Assembly (NCBI GenBank): GCA_031279305.1 | Contig: JAITIS010000095.1 | Coordinates: forward strand, 1 to 35,266 | Reading direction: 5' to 3' | Origin: Candidatus Margulisiibacteriota bacterium | GTDB taxonomy: Bacteria > Margulisbacteria > Termititenacia > Termititenacales > Termititenacaceae | DNA: 35,266 nucleotides | Shown: positions 1 through 9,055 of the stretch, one piece after another | How the letters are laid out: every line of letters starts with the position of its first letter | Numbering within the stretch: the stretch's first letter is position 1 | Notes under the pieces: generated by a model | Databases searched by the model: none | What the model saw: the letters and a program-made list of their open reading frames with translations, nothing else | What the model was told of the DNA's origin: nothing | Program-made: the position numbers and the translations under genes

Positions 1-978
1 ATCGGCGGAGCGAATGTCAACGGGTTTTCCCTGCGCGCCGGGCCGCCGCGCGGTAAGGTCACGACCTCCAGCGTCACCCACGCGGCGGAAGGCGTCTGGG
101 AGTGGTATGAAACCGTGACCAAAACCCTGCCAAATAGTCAGGTAAATAAACCGTCCAATATGCAAAACAGCGGCACCATAAATAACATAAAATATCAGCC
201 GGCTGTCCGGAACGGCGCGGTATCCACGGGCAACTGGACGTGGAGACGCAGCGGCAATTACAGCCAGAATAATGTTGCCGTGCCCCTGCCCGCGCAAATA
301 CCGAACGAAGTGACGGCGGACAAAATAAATTTCAGCCAGACAGGCAACGCGAATAATAATATAACGTACCTGACCGGCACCTGGACCTACTATCTGTCCG
401 AGTACAAAAGCCGCGAGGGGCCGCAAACACCCAGACCATCCGGCGTGCCAACCACCGCCACCTGGCGGAAAATCAAAGACGCTTATACGGAAATAATTTA
501 CAACGACAGCGCGCAGGGCGGCGGGCTTTTCGTCTCGACCAACGGCACGGAGTTGTTCGCGGACGGGCCTTTGCAGATCCGTTTTGCCAAAAACGGCAAT
601 GTCAGCATCCAGCTGGGTTTCGTGCCGGAGACCGCTATGGGCGTAAACCTGCACGTGCGCCGGTTTGACACTGATGTCGGCGGCGCAAACAACAAAATTT
701 CTTACTATTATAAAAAATCTTACGACAATGGCCGCACGGTCGGCGCCGAGGTGCATAACTCCGCCTGGGAAAATATGCCGATGGGCACGCTTGATAAAAC
801 CAACAACACCGTGGGCAACGGCGAGTGGCACGAGGATATTCTGCCGATCCCGGAAGATTACGAGGGCGGAGTCTGGTACTGCACTTACTACGCGGCTTCC
901 AACGACTGCAGTTACTGGGAAATGTGGTACGAGGGTTACAACGAAGGCGCCAATGGTTTTGCCGCGCTGGTGGACTAA
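1..978 (+). CDS. 5'-truncated surface/adhesin-like protein upstream of the Tad locus (function unknown)
   Basis: Frame 1 is open from base 1 (IGGANVNGFSLRAGPPRGKVTT...) through the 115..978 ORF, so the gene starts before the window. Rich in N/T/G/W/Y with beta-strand character; co-oriented with the tad genes. Confidence 0.6.
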   Translation: MGGANVNGFSLRAGPPRGKVTTSSVTHAAEGVWEWYETVTKTLPNSQVNKPSNMQNSGTINNIKYQPAVRNGAVSTGNWTWRRSGNYSQNNVAVPLPAQIPNEVTADKINFSQTGNANNNITYLTGTWTYYLSEYKSREGPQTPRPSGVPTTATWRKIKDAYTEIIYNDSAQGGGLFVSTNGTELFADGPLQIRFAKNGNVSIQLGFVPETAMGVNLHVRRFDTDVGGANNKISYYYKKSYDNGRTVGAEVHNSAWENMPMGTLDKTNNTVGNGEWHEDILPIPEDYEGGVWYCTYYAASNDCSYWEMWYEGYNEGANGFAALVD

Positions 979-1008
979 GGTATATTTTAGCGTTGCGGCG
1001 GGCATAGT
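977..1008 (+). promoter_or_regulatory. Putative SigB/F/G-type promoter for the PKD lipoprotein gene
   Basis: AAGGTATA-N15-GGGCATAGT; resembles the sigmaF/G-type GYATA-N15-GGnnAnAnT consensus; similar motif at 2164-2192. Confidence 0.45.
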
Positions 1009-1017
1009 TAAGAGACT

Positions 1018-2007
1018 ATGCGCCGCTCAAAATATATATTAGTGGTTTTAGGCCTCAGCTTGTTCTACTGCGGCTGCGGTATGACCACTGCAGGAAACGA
1101 CCGCTCAGCGTCAACTGCCTACGCGCAGAGAGTGCCGCCTAAAATCAACAGTATCGGTTTTGATAAAAATACAGGACCAACTCCCCTGACCGTAAAATTT
1201 ACGCCAGACCTCACCACTTATGAAGACACGCCGCCGGTTTATTCTTGGGATTTTGGCGACGGTCTCGCATCAGCCGAATCCGCCCCCTCGCACACTTACG
1301 CCTACAGCGGAATCTTTTTCTGCACGCTGACCGTATACAACAGCGCCGGCCTGCACAGCGCGGCCAATGCCAGAATATCTGTCAGCTCCGGCGGAGACAG
1401 CGACAATCACCAGCCGCAAATAACTAATATCACCGCCGTCCCATCTTTCAAATTAGACAGCGCGGGCAACACGGCCGTTACTTTTAACTGCACGGCCGTG
1501 GATGCGGATGAAGACACTCTTGTTTTTCACTGGGATTTTGGCGACGGGCACACCGGGGAAGGAGCTGCCAGCAGCCATACTTATATATGGAGTGAAACAA
1601 ATAAAATCCACACTGTTTTACTGACCGTGTCTGAGAGCAAAATTAATCCGGCCAGCATACAGCGCAAACTGTATGTCGCCGTCGGGCCTTCGGCTAATAC
1701 AGTCAATCTCCCGCCGGTCATAAATGATTTTTACATAACCAGCATAGTGGCGGATAGTGGAGAAAATGTGCAATTTCTGACGCCCTGTGATGTGTTCGTC
1801 AGCGCAAATGCTATTGATTATGACGGCTCAATCTCTTCTTATGAGTGGAGTTTTGGCAACGGTGCTGCAGGGGACAGAGACAATGCGAGGTGCCGCTATG
1901 CCGGAGAAGGCACTTACACTATCAGATTAACCGTCACCGATGACAAGGGCGGAACGGCAGTTTTAGAAAAAAATCTAAAGTTAAACGGCCAGCAGCTCGC
2001 CAGCTGA
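1018..2007 (+). CDS. PKD-domain (x3) putative lipoprotein
   Basis: Basic N-terminus, hydrophobic stretch and lipobox-like YCGC; three PKD signatures (YSWDFGDG..HTY, FHWDFGDG..HTY, YEWSFGNG..Y..EGTYTIRLTVTDD). Confidence 0.85.
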   Translation: MRRSKYILVVLGLSLFYCGCGMTTAGNDRSASTAYAQRVPPKINSIGFDKNTGPTPLTVKFTPDLTTYEDTPPVYSWDFGDGLASAESAPSHTYAYSGIFFCTLTVYNSAGLHSAANARISVSSGGDSDNHQPQITNITAVPSFKLDSAGNTAVTFNCTAVDADEDTLVFHWDFGDGHTGEGAASSHTYIWSETNKIHTVLLTVSESKINPASIQRKLYVAVGPSANTVNLPPVINDFYITSIVADSGENVQFLTPCDVFVSANAIDYDGSISSYEWSFGNGAAGDRDNARCRYAGEGTYTIRLTVTDDKGGTAVLEKNLKLNGQQLAS

Positions 2008-2027
2008 TTATTCTCTAGGAGGCAATA

Positions 2028-2162
2028 ATGCTTAAAAAATCTGTTTTACTTTTATGTCTGGCGGTTTTTGTCTTAACTTTTGGGTTGGTTTATTTGTCTA
2101 AAACCAATCCGTCCAGCCCGCAGTTTTGGCCCGCGAACCACAGCGCGGATGGACTGACCTAG
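2028..2162 (+). CDS. Small 44-aa single-TM/secreted peptide (below ORF-track cutoff)
   Basis: AGGAGG RBS 5 nt before ATG; MLKKSVLLLCLAVFVLTFGLVYLSKTNPSSPQFWPANHSADGLT*; fills the gap between the PKD gene and cpaB. Confidence 0.7.
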   Translation: MLKKSVLLLCLAVFVLTFGLVYLSKTNPSSPQFWPANHSADGLT

Positions 2163-2163
2163 A

Positions 2164-2192
2164 AAGGTATAAAAAGCCTAAAAGTGGGTAAC
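2164..2192 (+). promoter_or_regulatory. Putative SigB/F-type promoter for the cpaB operon
   Basis: AAGGTATA-N14-GGGTAAC, 22 nt upstream of the cpaB ATG; GGGTAA matches SigB/SigF-type -10 elements. Confidence 0.5.
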
Positions 2193-2214
2193 CTGTTTTT
2201 TGAGGGGGAAGCAT

Positions 2215-2991
2215 ATGCCGAAGAAACTAATTATATTGCTGCTCGGATTGGGGATCTGCCTCATAACTTTTTTTCTGGTCAACGCGCATATGGGTAAAAC
2301 GGCCGCCCGGCAGAAAGCGCTCAGCCAGCCGATCCGGGTCATAGTCGCCAAAATACCCATAGAGGCCAGAACAGCGATCACCGCAGAAATGCTGGAATAC
2401 AAAGAGATACCCAAAAACTACGCGGCGCCCGGCGCGGCGACTAATCACAGGGATGTGTTAGACAGGATCTCTCTGTCGCCTATCATCGCGGGCGAACAGA
2501 TTATCTCCGCCAAGCTGATCAAAAACGCCGGCAATGTCGGCCTGCCGCTGGTTATTCCAGAAAACAAAAGAGCCGTGTCTGTGCAGGTGGATTCCGCCGC
2601 CAGCGTCGCCAATATGGTCAAGCCCGGCGATATGGTGGACATCGTCTGCGTGGTGCACGACTGGGACAGAACTATCGCCATTCTGCAAAATGTGCAGGTG
2701 CTGGCTATCGATCAGCAGGTCATCGAGAGCTCCAGCGCGCCCAATCAAAGCAAACTAAACACCACAGTCATAGCCACTTTTGCGCTTAGCTTAAGCGACG
2801 CGGAAAAACTGATTCAGGCGTCGAATAAAGGCGCGCTGAAACTTTTGCTCAGGCCGCTCAACGATAATTCCAGCGTCATATCTTGGGGCGCGACCACCAG
2901 CAAACTGCTGCCTTATACAGCGGCGGCGCCCGCGCAGGCCTACAGCGTCCGGGTCATTAACGGCGCCCAAGTATCCAGCAAATCGCTTTGA
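2215..2991 (+). CDS. cpaB: Flp pilus assembly protein CpaB (RcpC)
   Basis: N-terminal TM, SAF domain (VIVAKIPIEARTAIT), RAVSVQVDSAASVANMVKPGDMVDIV and ILQNVQVLAID motifs; ATG 2215 follows GAGGGGG. Confidence 0.9.
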   Translation: MPKKLIILLLGLGICLITFFLVNAHMGKTAARQKALSQPIRVIVAKIPIEARTAITAEMLEYKEIPKNYAAPGAATNHRDVLDRISLSPIIAGEQIISAKLIKNAGNVGLPLVIPENKRAVSVQVDSAASVANMVKPGDMVDIVCVVHDWDRTIAILQNVQVLAIDQQVIESSSAPNQSKLNTTVIATFALSLSDAEKLIQASNKGALKLLLRPLNDNSSVISWGATTSKLLPYTAAAPAQAYSVRVINGAQVSSKSL

Positions 2992-3002
2992 GGGAGATCA
3001 AA

Positions 3003-4280
3003 ATGCTGAAAAAACTTTTAGTTCTAAGCCTATTTTTAAGCAGTATGTTAAGCTCCGCGGAGCCGGAAGCCGTGTACAATATCGGGGCCGGCACTTCGCG
3101 TCTGGTCAGCCTGAATTATCAGATCAAAAATATCGCCGTGGGCAATCCTGAGCTGGTGGATGTGCTGATAATGGCCAAAAATGAAATGCTGATCAACGCC
3201 AAAAATCCCGGCATCACCACGCTGACCATCTGGGATAACGACAGTTATCACGATTATTCTCTCGCCGTCTACAAAGATTCTGAGGAATTAACTTTTCAGG
3301 TTTACAAACTGCAGAATTTAAGCCTCATCAAGAATAGCATCGCCAATCTAAATCAAATGGGCAGCGTGGACAGCTCGCCGATCGGTGAAACCGTCCAGAA
3401 TCTCAACACAGTATTAGGCTGTTATCTGGACAGCAAAATGTTCGCCGTCAACCCGTGGTCAAATTCCGTAATGGTGGTGGGCACCGGCCGGCAGCACCAA
3501 AAAATCCAGGACATACTCGCCGCGCTCGACCAAAAAGAAAAAATGGTCGTTTTTGAGATCGAGGTGTATGAGATCAGCAATGACAATGCCTATGAGCATA
3601 AGCTGGAGATCGGCAGCAAGACCGACCTGCTAAAAACCGAAGACAAACGCTTTCCGTTAAGCGACGGCAGTTATGACTCCGCCGGCGACGGGCTGACTTA
3701 TGCGCTCAAGACCGGCGCGTCCGTTTACACCAATATTTACGACCAGCTGGATTATCTGGATTATTTGAACATCACGCTCAAACATTTGCAGACCGAGGGG
3801 CGGGCGAAACTGCTGGCCAAGCCGCGGATCCTCACGCTCAACAATCATCACGCCTATATTCTCTCCGGCGAGAAAATCCCGGTGGAACAGAAAGACGCGG
3901 ACGGCAACACCAGCATAGAATATCTGCCGACCGGCGTCATCCTAGGCGTGGTGCCGCGGGTGGATGACTCCGGCAACATCAACTGCTGGATCGCCACGCA
4001 GGTCAGTTCATTAATCGCCGATTCGCAAAACAGCAATGGCAACCCGATTATCGCCAGCCGGGAAACGGTCAATGAAGTGCGGCTAAAAGATCAGTCCACG
4101 CTGGTGATCGGCGGCCTGCTCAAAGAAACCGAGGGACTCATCGAGCGCAAAATCCCCGTGCTGGGCGACCTGCTCGGCTGGGTGCCCTTTTTCGGTGGAT
4201 TTTTTAAGAACACCGCTTATGAAAAAACCACCTCGGAGCTTTTGATCACGCTGAAGCCGGCGCTGGTGCAGGAAGACTAG
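3003..4280 (+). CDS. cpaC: Tad pilus secretin CpaC/RcpA
   Basis: Signal peptide; pilus-formation N domain (IAVGNPELVDV..LINAKNPGITTLTIWD); secretin core (AKLLAKPRILTLNN..A.ILSGEKIP; TLVIGGLL; KIPVLGDL; ELLITLKP). Confidence 0.88.
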   Translation: MLKKLLVLSLFLSSMLSSAEPEAVYNIGAGTSRLVSLNYQIKNIAVGNPELVDVLIMAKNEMLINAKNPGITTLTIWDNDSYHDYSLAVYKDSEELTFQVYKLQNLSLIKNSIANLNQMGSVDSSPIGETVQNLNTVLGCYLDSKMFAVNPWSNSVMVVGTGRQHQKIQDILAALDQKEKMVVFEIEVYEISNDNAYEHKLEIGSKTDLLKTEDKRFPLSDGSYDSAGDGLTYALKTGASVYTNIYDQLDYLDYLNITLKHLQTEGRAKLLAKPRILTLNNHHAYILSGEKIPVEQKDADGNTSIEYLPTGVILGVVPRVDDSGNINCWIATQVSSLIADSQNSNGNPIIASRETVNEVRLKDQSTLVIGGLLKETEGLIERKIPVLGDLLGWVPFFGGFFKNTAYEKTTSELLITLKPALVQED

Positions 4281-4289
4281 GAGGATTAT

Positions 4290-5456
4290 ATGAACATTTG
4301 TATTTTCAGCCAAAAAAATATACCCGCGGTCAGCGAGTTGCTGGCTATGAACTACAGTCTAAACAAAGCATTCCAAAACGCCGCGGACCTAAGCGCCTAT
4401 CTTGAGCAGGGCGAACAAATAGACATCCTGCTGTGCGATCTGACGCTGGCCGGGGAACAGCCGGAAATTATTTTAAGCAAAATAAACTACATCATCGCGC
4501 TGGCCGAAGACCAGTCGCCAGAAACTCTGCTGGAGGCGCTGTCGCTGGGCGCCAGAGAGGTGCTGGCTGCGCCGCGGCTAAGCGCCACCGAACTGGAAGC
4601 GGCGCTAAAAAAAGCCATTGGCTACATCAATGCTTACAATCAGCGCAGCGGCGTAAAATCCGCGAATATTATTACTTTTATCAGCAGCAAAGGCGGCATC
4701 GGCAAATCGGTCATCAGCACCAACCTCGCGGTAATCCTGCAGGAAATTTTTAAGAAAAAGGTCCTGCTGATCGACACGGTGCAGCGTTTTGGCAGCGCGG
4801 AAATTATTCTTAATTTCTGCTCGCGCAAATCGCTGTTAGCCGTGCCGGCTGAAGCGGACAATTTGGAAATATACTGGCAAGAGATCGAAAAAAATATTTT
4901 GAGGCACAGCGGCGGCTTGGATCTTTTGCTGGCCGGCGATGACAACCACGAACCCCTGGCCTCCGCTAAAATCCGCTCCGTCTTAAAAGCCGTCAGGGAC
5001 AAATATGATTATCTGATCATCGACACGGACAATTATTTTGTCGAGCCGGTGCTGTCTCTGCTGGAGCTGTCTGATCAAATCATTTATTTAAGCAAAATGG
5101 ACATCGCTTCGCTGAAAAATCTGCGTCTGGGACTGGACAGCCTGAAATCTTTTTATTTTTCTCTGGACAAAGTCAAGCTGGTCATCAATTGTTTTGAAAA
5201 AACCAGCGAACTCAGCATTGCGGAGCTGGAAAAATTTTTGAACTGGAAAATTTTCACCGTCCTGCCGGAAGACCGCAACACCATCATTAGCTCCATCAAC
5301 AAAGGCGCTCCTTTTGCCGCGGAGAAAAAAGACAGCGAGTTATTTCTAGCGCTGCGGCATTTCGCGGAGCTTTTGCAGGGCATCGCCGCGGACGACCAGA
5401 CGGACAACAAAAAAACCAGAACTTGGTTTAACTCGCTGTTAAAACTTTTAGCTTAA
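4290..5456 (+). CDS. cpaE: CpaE/TadZ: degenerate receiver domain plus MinD/ParA-type ATPase
   Basis: Receiver-like N-terminus (DILLCDL..EALSLGAREVL); deviant Walker A SKGGIGKS; YDYLIIDT; SINKGAP; GGAGG RBS. Confidence 0.88.
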   Translation: MNICIFSQKNIPAVSELLAMNYSLNKAFQNAADLSAYLEQGEQIDILLCDLTLAGEQPEIILSKINYIIALAEDQSPETLLEALSLGAREVLAAPRLSATELEAALKKAIGYINAYNQRSGVKSANIITFISSKGGIGKSVISTNLAVILQEIFKKKVLLIDTVQRFGSAEIILNFCSRKSLLAVPAEADNLEIYWQEIEKNILRHSGGLDLLLAGDDNHEPLASAKIRSVLKAVRDKYDYLIIDTDNYFVEPVLSLLELSDQIIYLSKMDIASLKNLRLGLDSLKSFYFSLDKVKLVINCFEKTSELSIAELEKFLNWKIFTVLPEDRNTIISSINKGAPFAAEKKDSELFLALRHFAELLQGIAADDQTDNKKTRTWFNSLLKLLA

Positions 5457-5467
5457 AAAAGGAGCGG

Positions 5468-6919
5468 GTGGTTATGTCGCTGCTGGATAGGATAAACACC
5501 GAACCGCCGAGCGCCCGCCAAGACAAAAACACTCCGGAGGCCAATCCTGCGCTCAACGAGGCGGCCCGGCAGATCATCGCCAATCTGGAGTCCCGGATGG
5601 ACAAAGAACCGCGGCTAAAAACTAAAGAAGACCGCCGGGCATTCTTAAAAAAAGTGATCGGATTGCACCGCGAGCTGATCAAGAATTCAGATCTCAATCT
5701 GACGGAGCTGTCCGCCGATCTGCAGAACAACACGGAACAGAAAAAACTCTATTCCGCCATCGAGCAGGAAGTGTTGGAAATTTTTGATACAAACAAGCAG
5801 TATTACTCCCGCCAAGAAAAAGCCGAAATTATCGAGGCGGTCGTCAGCGAAACTTTAGGACTGGGGCCTTTAGATGAGCTTATCAACGACAGCAGCGTTT
5901 CAGAAATTATGGTCAACGGCTGCAATAAAGTATTTGTCGAACGCAAAGGCATTTTGGAGGAAACGCCCGTCATTTTCTTTGATGACGACCATCTCAAAAG
6001 AATAATCGTCCGCATCGTCAGCAAAATAGGCCGCCATATCGACGAAGGCATGCCGATGGTTGACGCCCGCTTAAAAGACGGCTCCCGCGTCAACGCCATT
6101 ATTCCGCCGATCGCCCTGACCGGCCCCACTTTGACTATCCGCAAATTCTCCGAAAAAGGCTACACCTGCAAAGACCTGATCAAGTTTGGCTCGCTGACTC
6201 CAGCAATGGAAACTTTTTTACGGCTCTGCGTGGAAGCCAAATTAAATATTATTGTTTCCGGCGGCACCGGCTCCGGCAAGACCACTCTGTTAAACGCCCT
6301 GTCTAATTTTATCCCCAATGACGACCGGATCGTCACGATCGAGGACTCGGCGGAGCTGCGCCTGCAGCAAAACCACGTCATCATCTGCGAAACCAGACCG
6401 CCGAATATCGAGGGCACAGGCGAGATTACCATCCGCGATCTAGTGCGCAATTCTCTGCGGATGCGCCCGGACCGCATAGTCGTCGGTGAATGCCGCGGCG
6501 GCGAAACGCTGGATATGCTGCAGGCGATGAACACCGGCCACGACGGCTCAATGACCACCGCCCACGCCAACTCGCCCAAAGATCTGATCACCCGTCTGGA
6601 AACAATGGTGCTAATGGCCGGCGTCGACCTGCCTATCAAGGCTATCCGCCAGCAGATCGCCTCCGCTTTTGATCTGGTTATTCAGCAAAGCCGCCTGCAG
6701 GACGGCTCGCGCAAGATCGTCAAAATATCCGAGGTTTGCGGCATAGAAGAAGATTTGATCTTGATGAATGATATTTTTGTTTTTGAGCAAACAGGCGTTC
6801 ATTCGCAAACCCGCAAAGTCGAAGGCGCGTTTAAGCCGACGGGCATCGTCCCGGATTTTCTGCACAAACTGGAAGCGAAAGGCTTGAAAGTGCCTATAGG
6901 TATTTTTGGAGGACTATAA
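5468..6919 (+). CDS. cpaF: CpaF/TadA pilus assembly ATPase
   Basis: GLGPLDELI, SEIMVNG, VDARLKDGSRVNA, Walker A GGTGSGKT, LRMRPDRIVVGECRGGE, AMNTGHDGSMTTAHAN. Start may be ATG 5474. Confidence 0.95.
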   Translation: MVMSLLDRINTEPPSARQDKNTPEANPALNEAARQIIANLESRMDKEPRLKTKEDRRAFLKKVIGLHRELIKNSDLNLTELSADLQNNTEQKKLYSAIEQEVLEIFDTNKQYYSRQEKAEIIEAVVSETLGLGPLDELINDSSVSEIMVNGCNKVFVERKGILEETPVIFFDDDHLKRIIVRIVSKIGRHIDEGMPMVDARLKDGSRVNAIIPPIALTGPTLTIRKFSEKGYTCKDLIKFGSLTPAMETFLRLCVEAKLNIIVSGGTGSGKTTLLNALSNFIPNDDRIVTIEDSAELRLQQNHVIICETRPPNIEGTGEITIRDLVRNSLRMRPDRIVVGECRGGETLDMLQAMNTGHDGSMTTAHANSPKDLITRLETMVLMAGVDLPIKAIRQQIASAFDLVIQQSRLQDGSRKIVKISEVCGIEEDLILMNDIFVFEQTGVHSQTRKVEGAFKPTGIVPDFLHKLEAKGLKVPIGIFGGL

Positions 6920-7846
6920 ATGTTTATTTTGCCCTATGCTATGCTCGTCGTTTCGCTGTTTTTCATCGGTTTTGCCGTATATGGTCTGGCGGTGAACAGG
7001 CAGGGCAGCCTCCGCGCCCGGCTGCATAATCTGCAGACTATCCGGGAGACCACCGGTAAACCGGGACGCCGCAAAAAAACAGATAAAAAAAATATCTATG
7101 AAAAATTCCTGCGGGAAAATATCCGCATTTTCAATAAGCTGTACATCAATATCCGCCCTCAGGAGATTATCCTTCTGGATACAGTCTGCGCTTGGGCTGT
7201 TTTCCTGCTGGTTTATCTGCTGCTCAAAAATATTTTCAGCGCTTTGCTCCTCGGTCTGTCTGGCATAGGACTGCCCTATCTGGTCTGCCTGCGGCTGCTC
7301 AAAAACAAACGCAAATCCTTTGAACGCTTGTTCGGCGACGCTCTGGTGCTGATCGCCAATGTGCTCAAATCGGGTTTTAGTTTGAAGCAGGCTTTGCAGA
7401 TCGTGGCTGAGGAGATGCCGCCGGCTGTCGCGGAAGAATTTACGGTCTTAAATCAAGAAATAAATTTCGGCCTTGATCTCAGCGAGGCAATGAGCAATCT
7501 GGCCGAGAGGATACCCAATGAGCACGTCCGGCTGTTTGTCACCGCGGTTAATATTCAGAATGAAGTGGGCGGTTCGATGTCCGAGATTATCGGCAAAATT
7601 TCGGAAACTATTCAGAAAAAACAGGAAATGCAGGGAGACCTCAAAGCGTTGACTTCTCAGGGCAAAACCTCCGGCTTTATCGTCGGCCTGCTGCCTTTTG
7701 GCATCTGCGGAATGATTTTTCTGATGAATCCGGATTATATGCGCCCGCTTTTCAGCACGCCGGTCGGTATGATGATGATCGCCGCCGCCGTGGTTTTGGA
7801 AATAATGGCGGCTCTGACTATCAAAGCCATCATTACCGTGGAGTAG
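6920..7846 (+). CDS. tadB: TadB inner-membrane platform protein (T2SSF family)
   Basis: DALVLIANVLKSGFSLKQAL, IQNEVGGSMSEI, KALTSQGK, NPDYMRPLF; TM segments; follows cpaF directly. Confidence 0.9.
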   Translation: MFILPYAMLVVSLFFIGFAVYGLAVNRQGSLRARLHNLQTIRETTGKPGRRKKTDKKNIYEKFLRENIRIFNKLYINIRPQEIILLDTVCAWAVFLLVYLLLKNIFSALLLGLSGIGLPYLVCLRLLKNKRKSFERLFGDALVLIANVLKSGFSLKQALQIVAEEMPPAVAEEFTVLNQEINFGLDLSEAMSNLAERIPNEHVRLFVTAVNIQNEVGGSMSEIIGKISETIQKKQEMQGDLKALTSQGKTSGFIVGLLPFGICGMIFLMNPDYMRPLFSTPVGMMMIAAAVVLEIMAALTIKAIITVE

Positions 7847-7849
7847 CTT

Positions 7850-8770
7850 ATGTTTATCTACGCTCTGCTGACCGCCTTTAGCGCGACTATTCTTTTCTAC
7901 CTGCTGTGTCTGCTGCTGCAAAACGCCAGGCAAAAAGCCGATCTCGCCCAGCGGCTGGCCAGAACGGTCATCCAGGCCGGCGCCGCGGAAAATGACAGTC
8001 TGCCGGACAACAAAAGCCAGCTGACCGATATTTTATCCCAAAAAATCACCGGCCTGGTCGCCCGGATCGTGCCGCAGAATATTATAGCCAATATTGAAAA
8101 AAATCTGGTGGCCGCCGACATCAAAAATTTCGATATCTCCAAATATTTTCTGCTGAAGGTGCTGGCCGACAGTTTTATTTTAATTTTCCTGCCGTTCTAC
8201 TTTATGGTTTTACATATCCAGCTTAATGTGGGGCTGCTTGCTCTTTTAGCCATTGGCGGTTTTTTTCTGCCGGATTTATTAGTCAAAAGCGCGATCGGCA
8301 AAAGACATAATAAAATTACCAAAGCCCTGCCGACTTTTATCGACCTGCTCCGGCTCTGCATCGAAGCCGGCCTGGATCTGGAGAGTTCTTTTGGCCGGCT
8401 GGTCAAAGAAGACACCAGCATTTTACAGCCGGAAGCGGCACGGCTTTTTAATGAGTTAAAAATGGGCGAGCCTTTGTCCGAGGCTCTTAGAAGAATGTCC
8501 GCGCGTCTGGCGCATCCAGATTTCTCTTCTTTTGCGACGATCCTGCTGCAGGCCAATGAAATGGGGATGAGCATCGCCGCTGTGCTGCGCACGCAGGAAG
8601 AGCAGATCACGCTTAAATATATTCAAGGCCTGCGCGCCAGAGCCGCCAAAACGCCTGTACTCATCACTCTGCCGCTGGTAGGATTGATCCTGCCCGCTCT
8701 GTTTCTGCTGGTGCTGGGCCCGGCGGTTCTGCAGTTAATGCAGGCTTTCAGCGGAGGAGGATTGATGTAA
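7850..8770 (+). CDS. tadC: TadC inner-membrane platform protein (T2SSF family)
   Basis: LPTFIDLLRLCIEAGLDL, QANEMGMSIAAVLR, PLVGLILPALFLLVLGPA. Confidence 0.9.
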   Translation: MFIYALLTAFSATILFYLLCLLLQNARQKADLAQRLARTVIQAGAAENDSLPDNKSQLTDILSQKITGLVARIVPQNIIANIEKNLVAADIKNFDISKYFLLKVLADSFILIFLPFYFMVLHIQLNVGLLALLAIGGFFLPDLLVKSAIGKRHNKITKALPTFIDLLRLCIEAGLDLESSFGRLVKEDTSILQPEAARLFNELKMGEPLSEALRRMSARLAHPDFSSFATILLQANEMGMSIAAVLRTQEEQITLKYIQGLRARAAKTPVLITLPLVGLILPALFLLVLGPAVLQLMQAFSGGGLM

Positions 8771-9055
8771 ATGCAGATCATTCATTGTCGTTCTTTTCTG
8801 CAAAAATTCCGCGGGTTAATGTTTGCCCGCCGCCGTCCTGCCGTTTATTATCTTTTTCACGGAGAAAAATGCCTGCATAGTTTTTTTATGCGTTATCCGC
8901 TTTACGTCATCGTCGCGGACAAACAGCAGAGGATTTTAGACAAATTTATTTTGCCGCCCTGGCAGATCAGCAAATACTACCGAAAAGCGTTTTATATTCT
9001 GGAAACCACCAATCAGCAGTTTTGGCGAAAACAGCGCAAATATCTCAGGATTTAA
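8771..9055 (+). CDS. DUF192-family protein
   Basis: SFLQKFRGLMF, LHSFFMRYPL, YILE motifs; abuts the tadC stop codon. Confidence 0.8.
   Translation: MQIIHCRSFLQKFRGLMFARRRPAVYYLFHGEKCLHSFFMRYPLYVIVADKQQRILDKFILPPWQISKYYRKAFYILETTNQQFWRKQRKYLRI

Noticed and set aside
2028-2162. 44-aa ORF as the Flp pilin
   Set aside because: Lacks the G|xxxxEY cleavage/Flp motif; the hydrophobic stretch follows a signal-peptide-like N-terminus.
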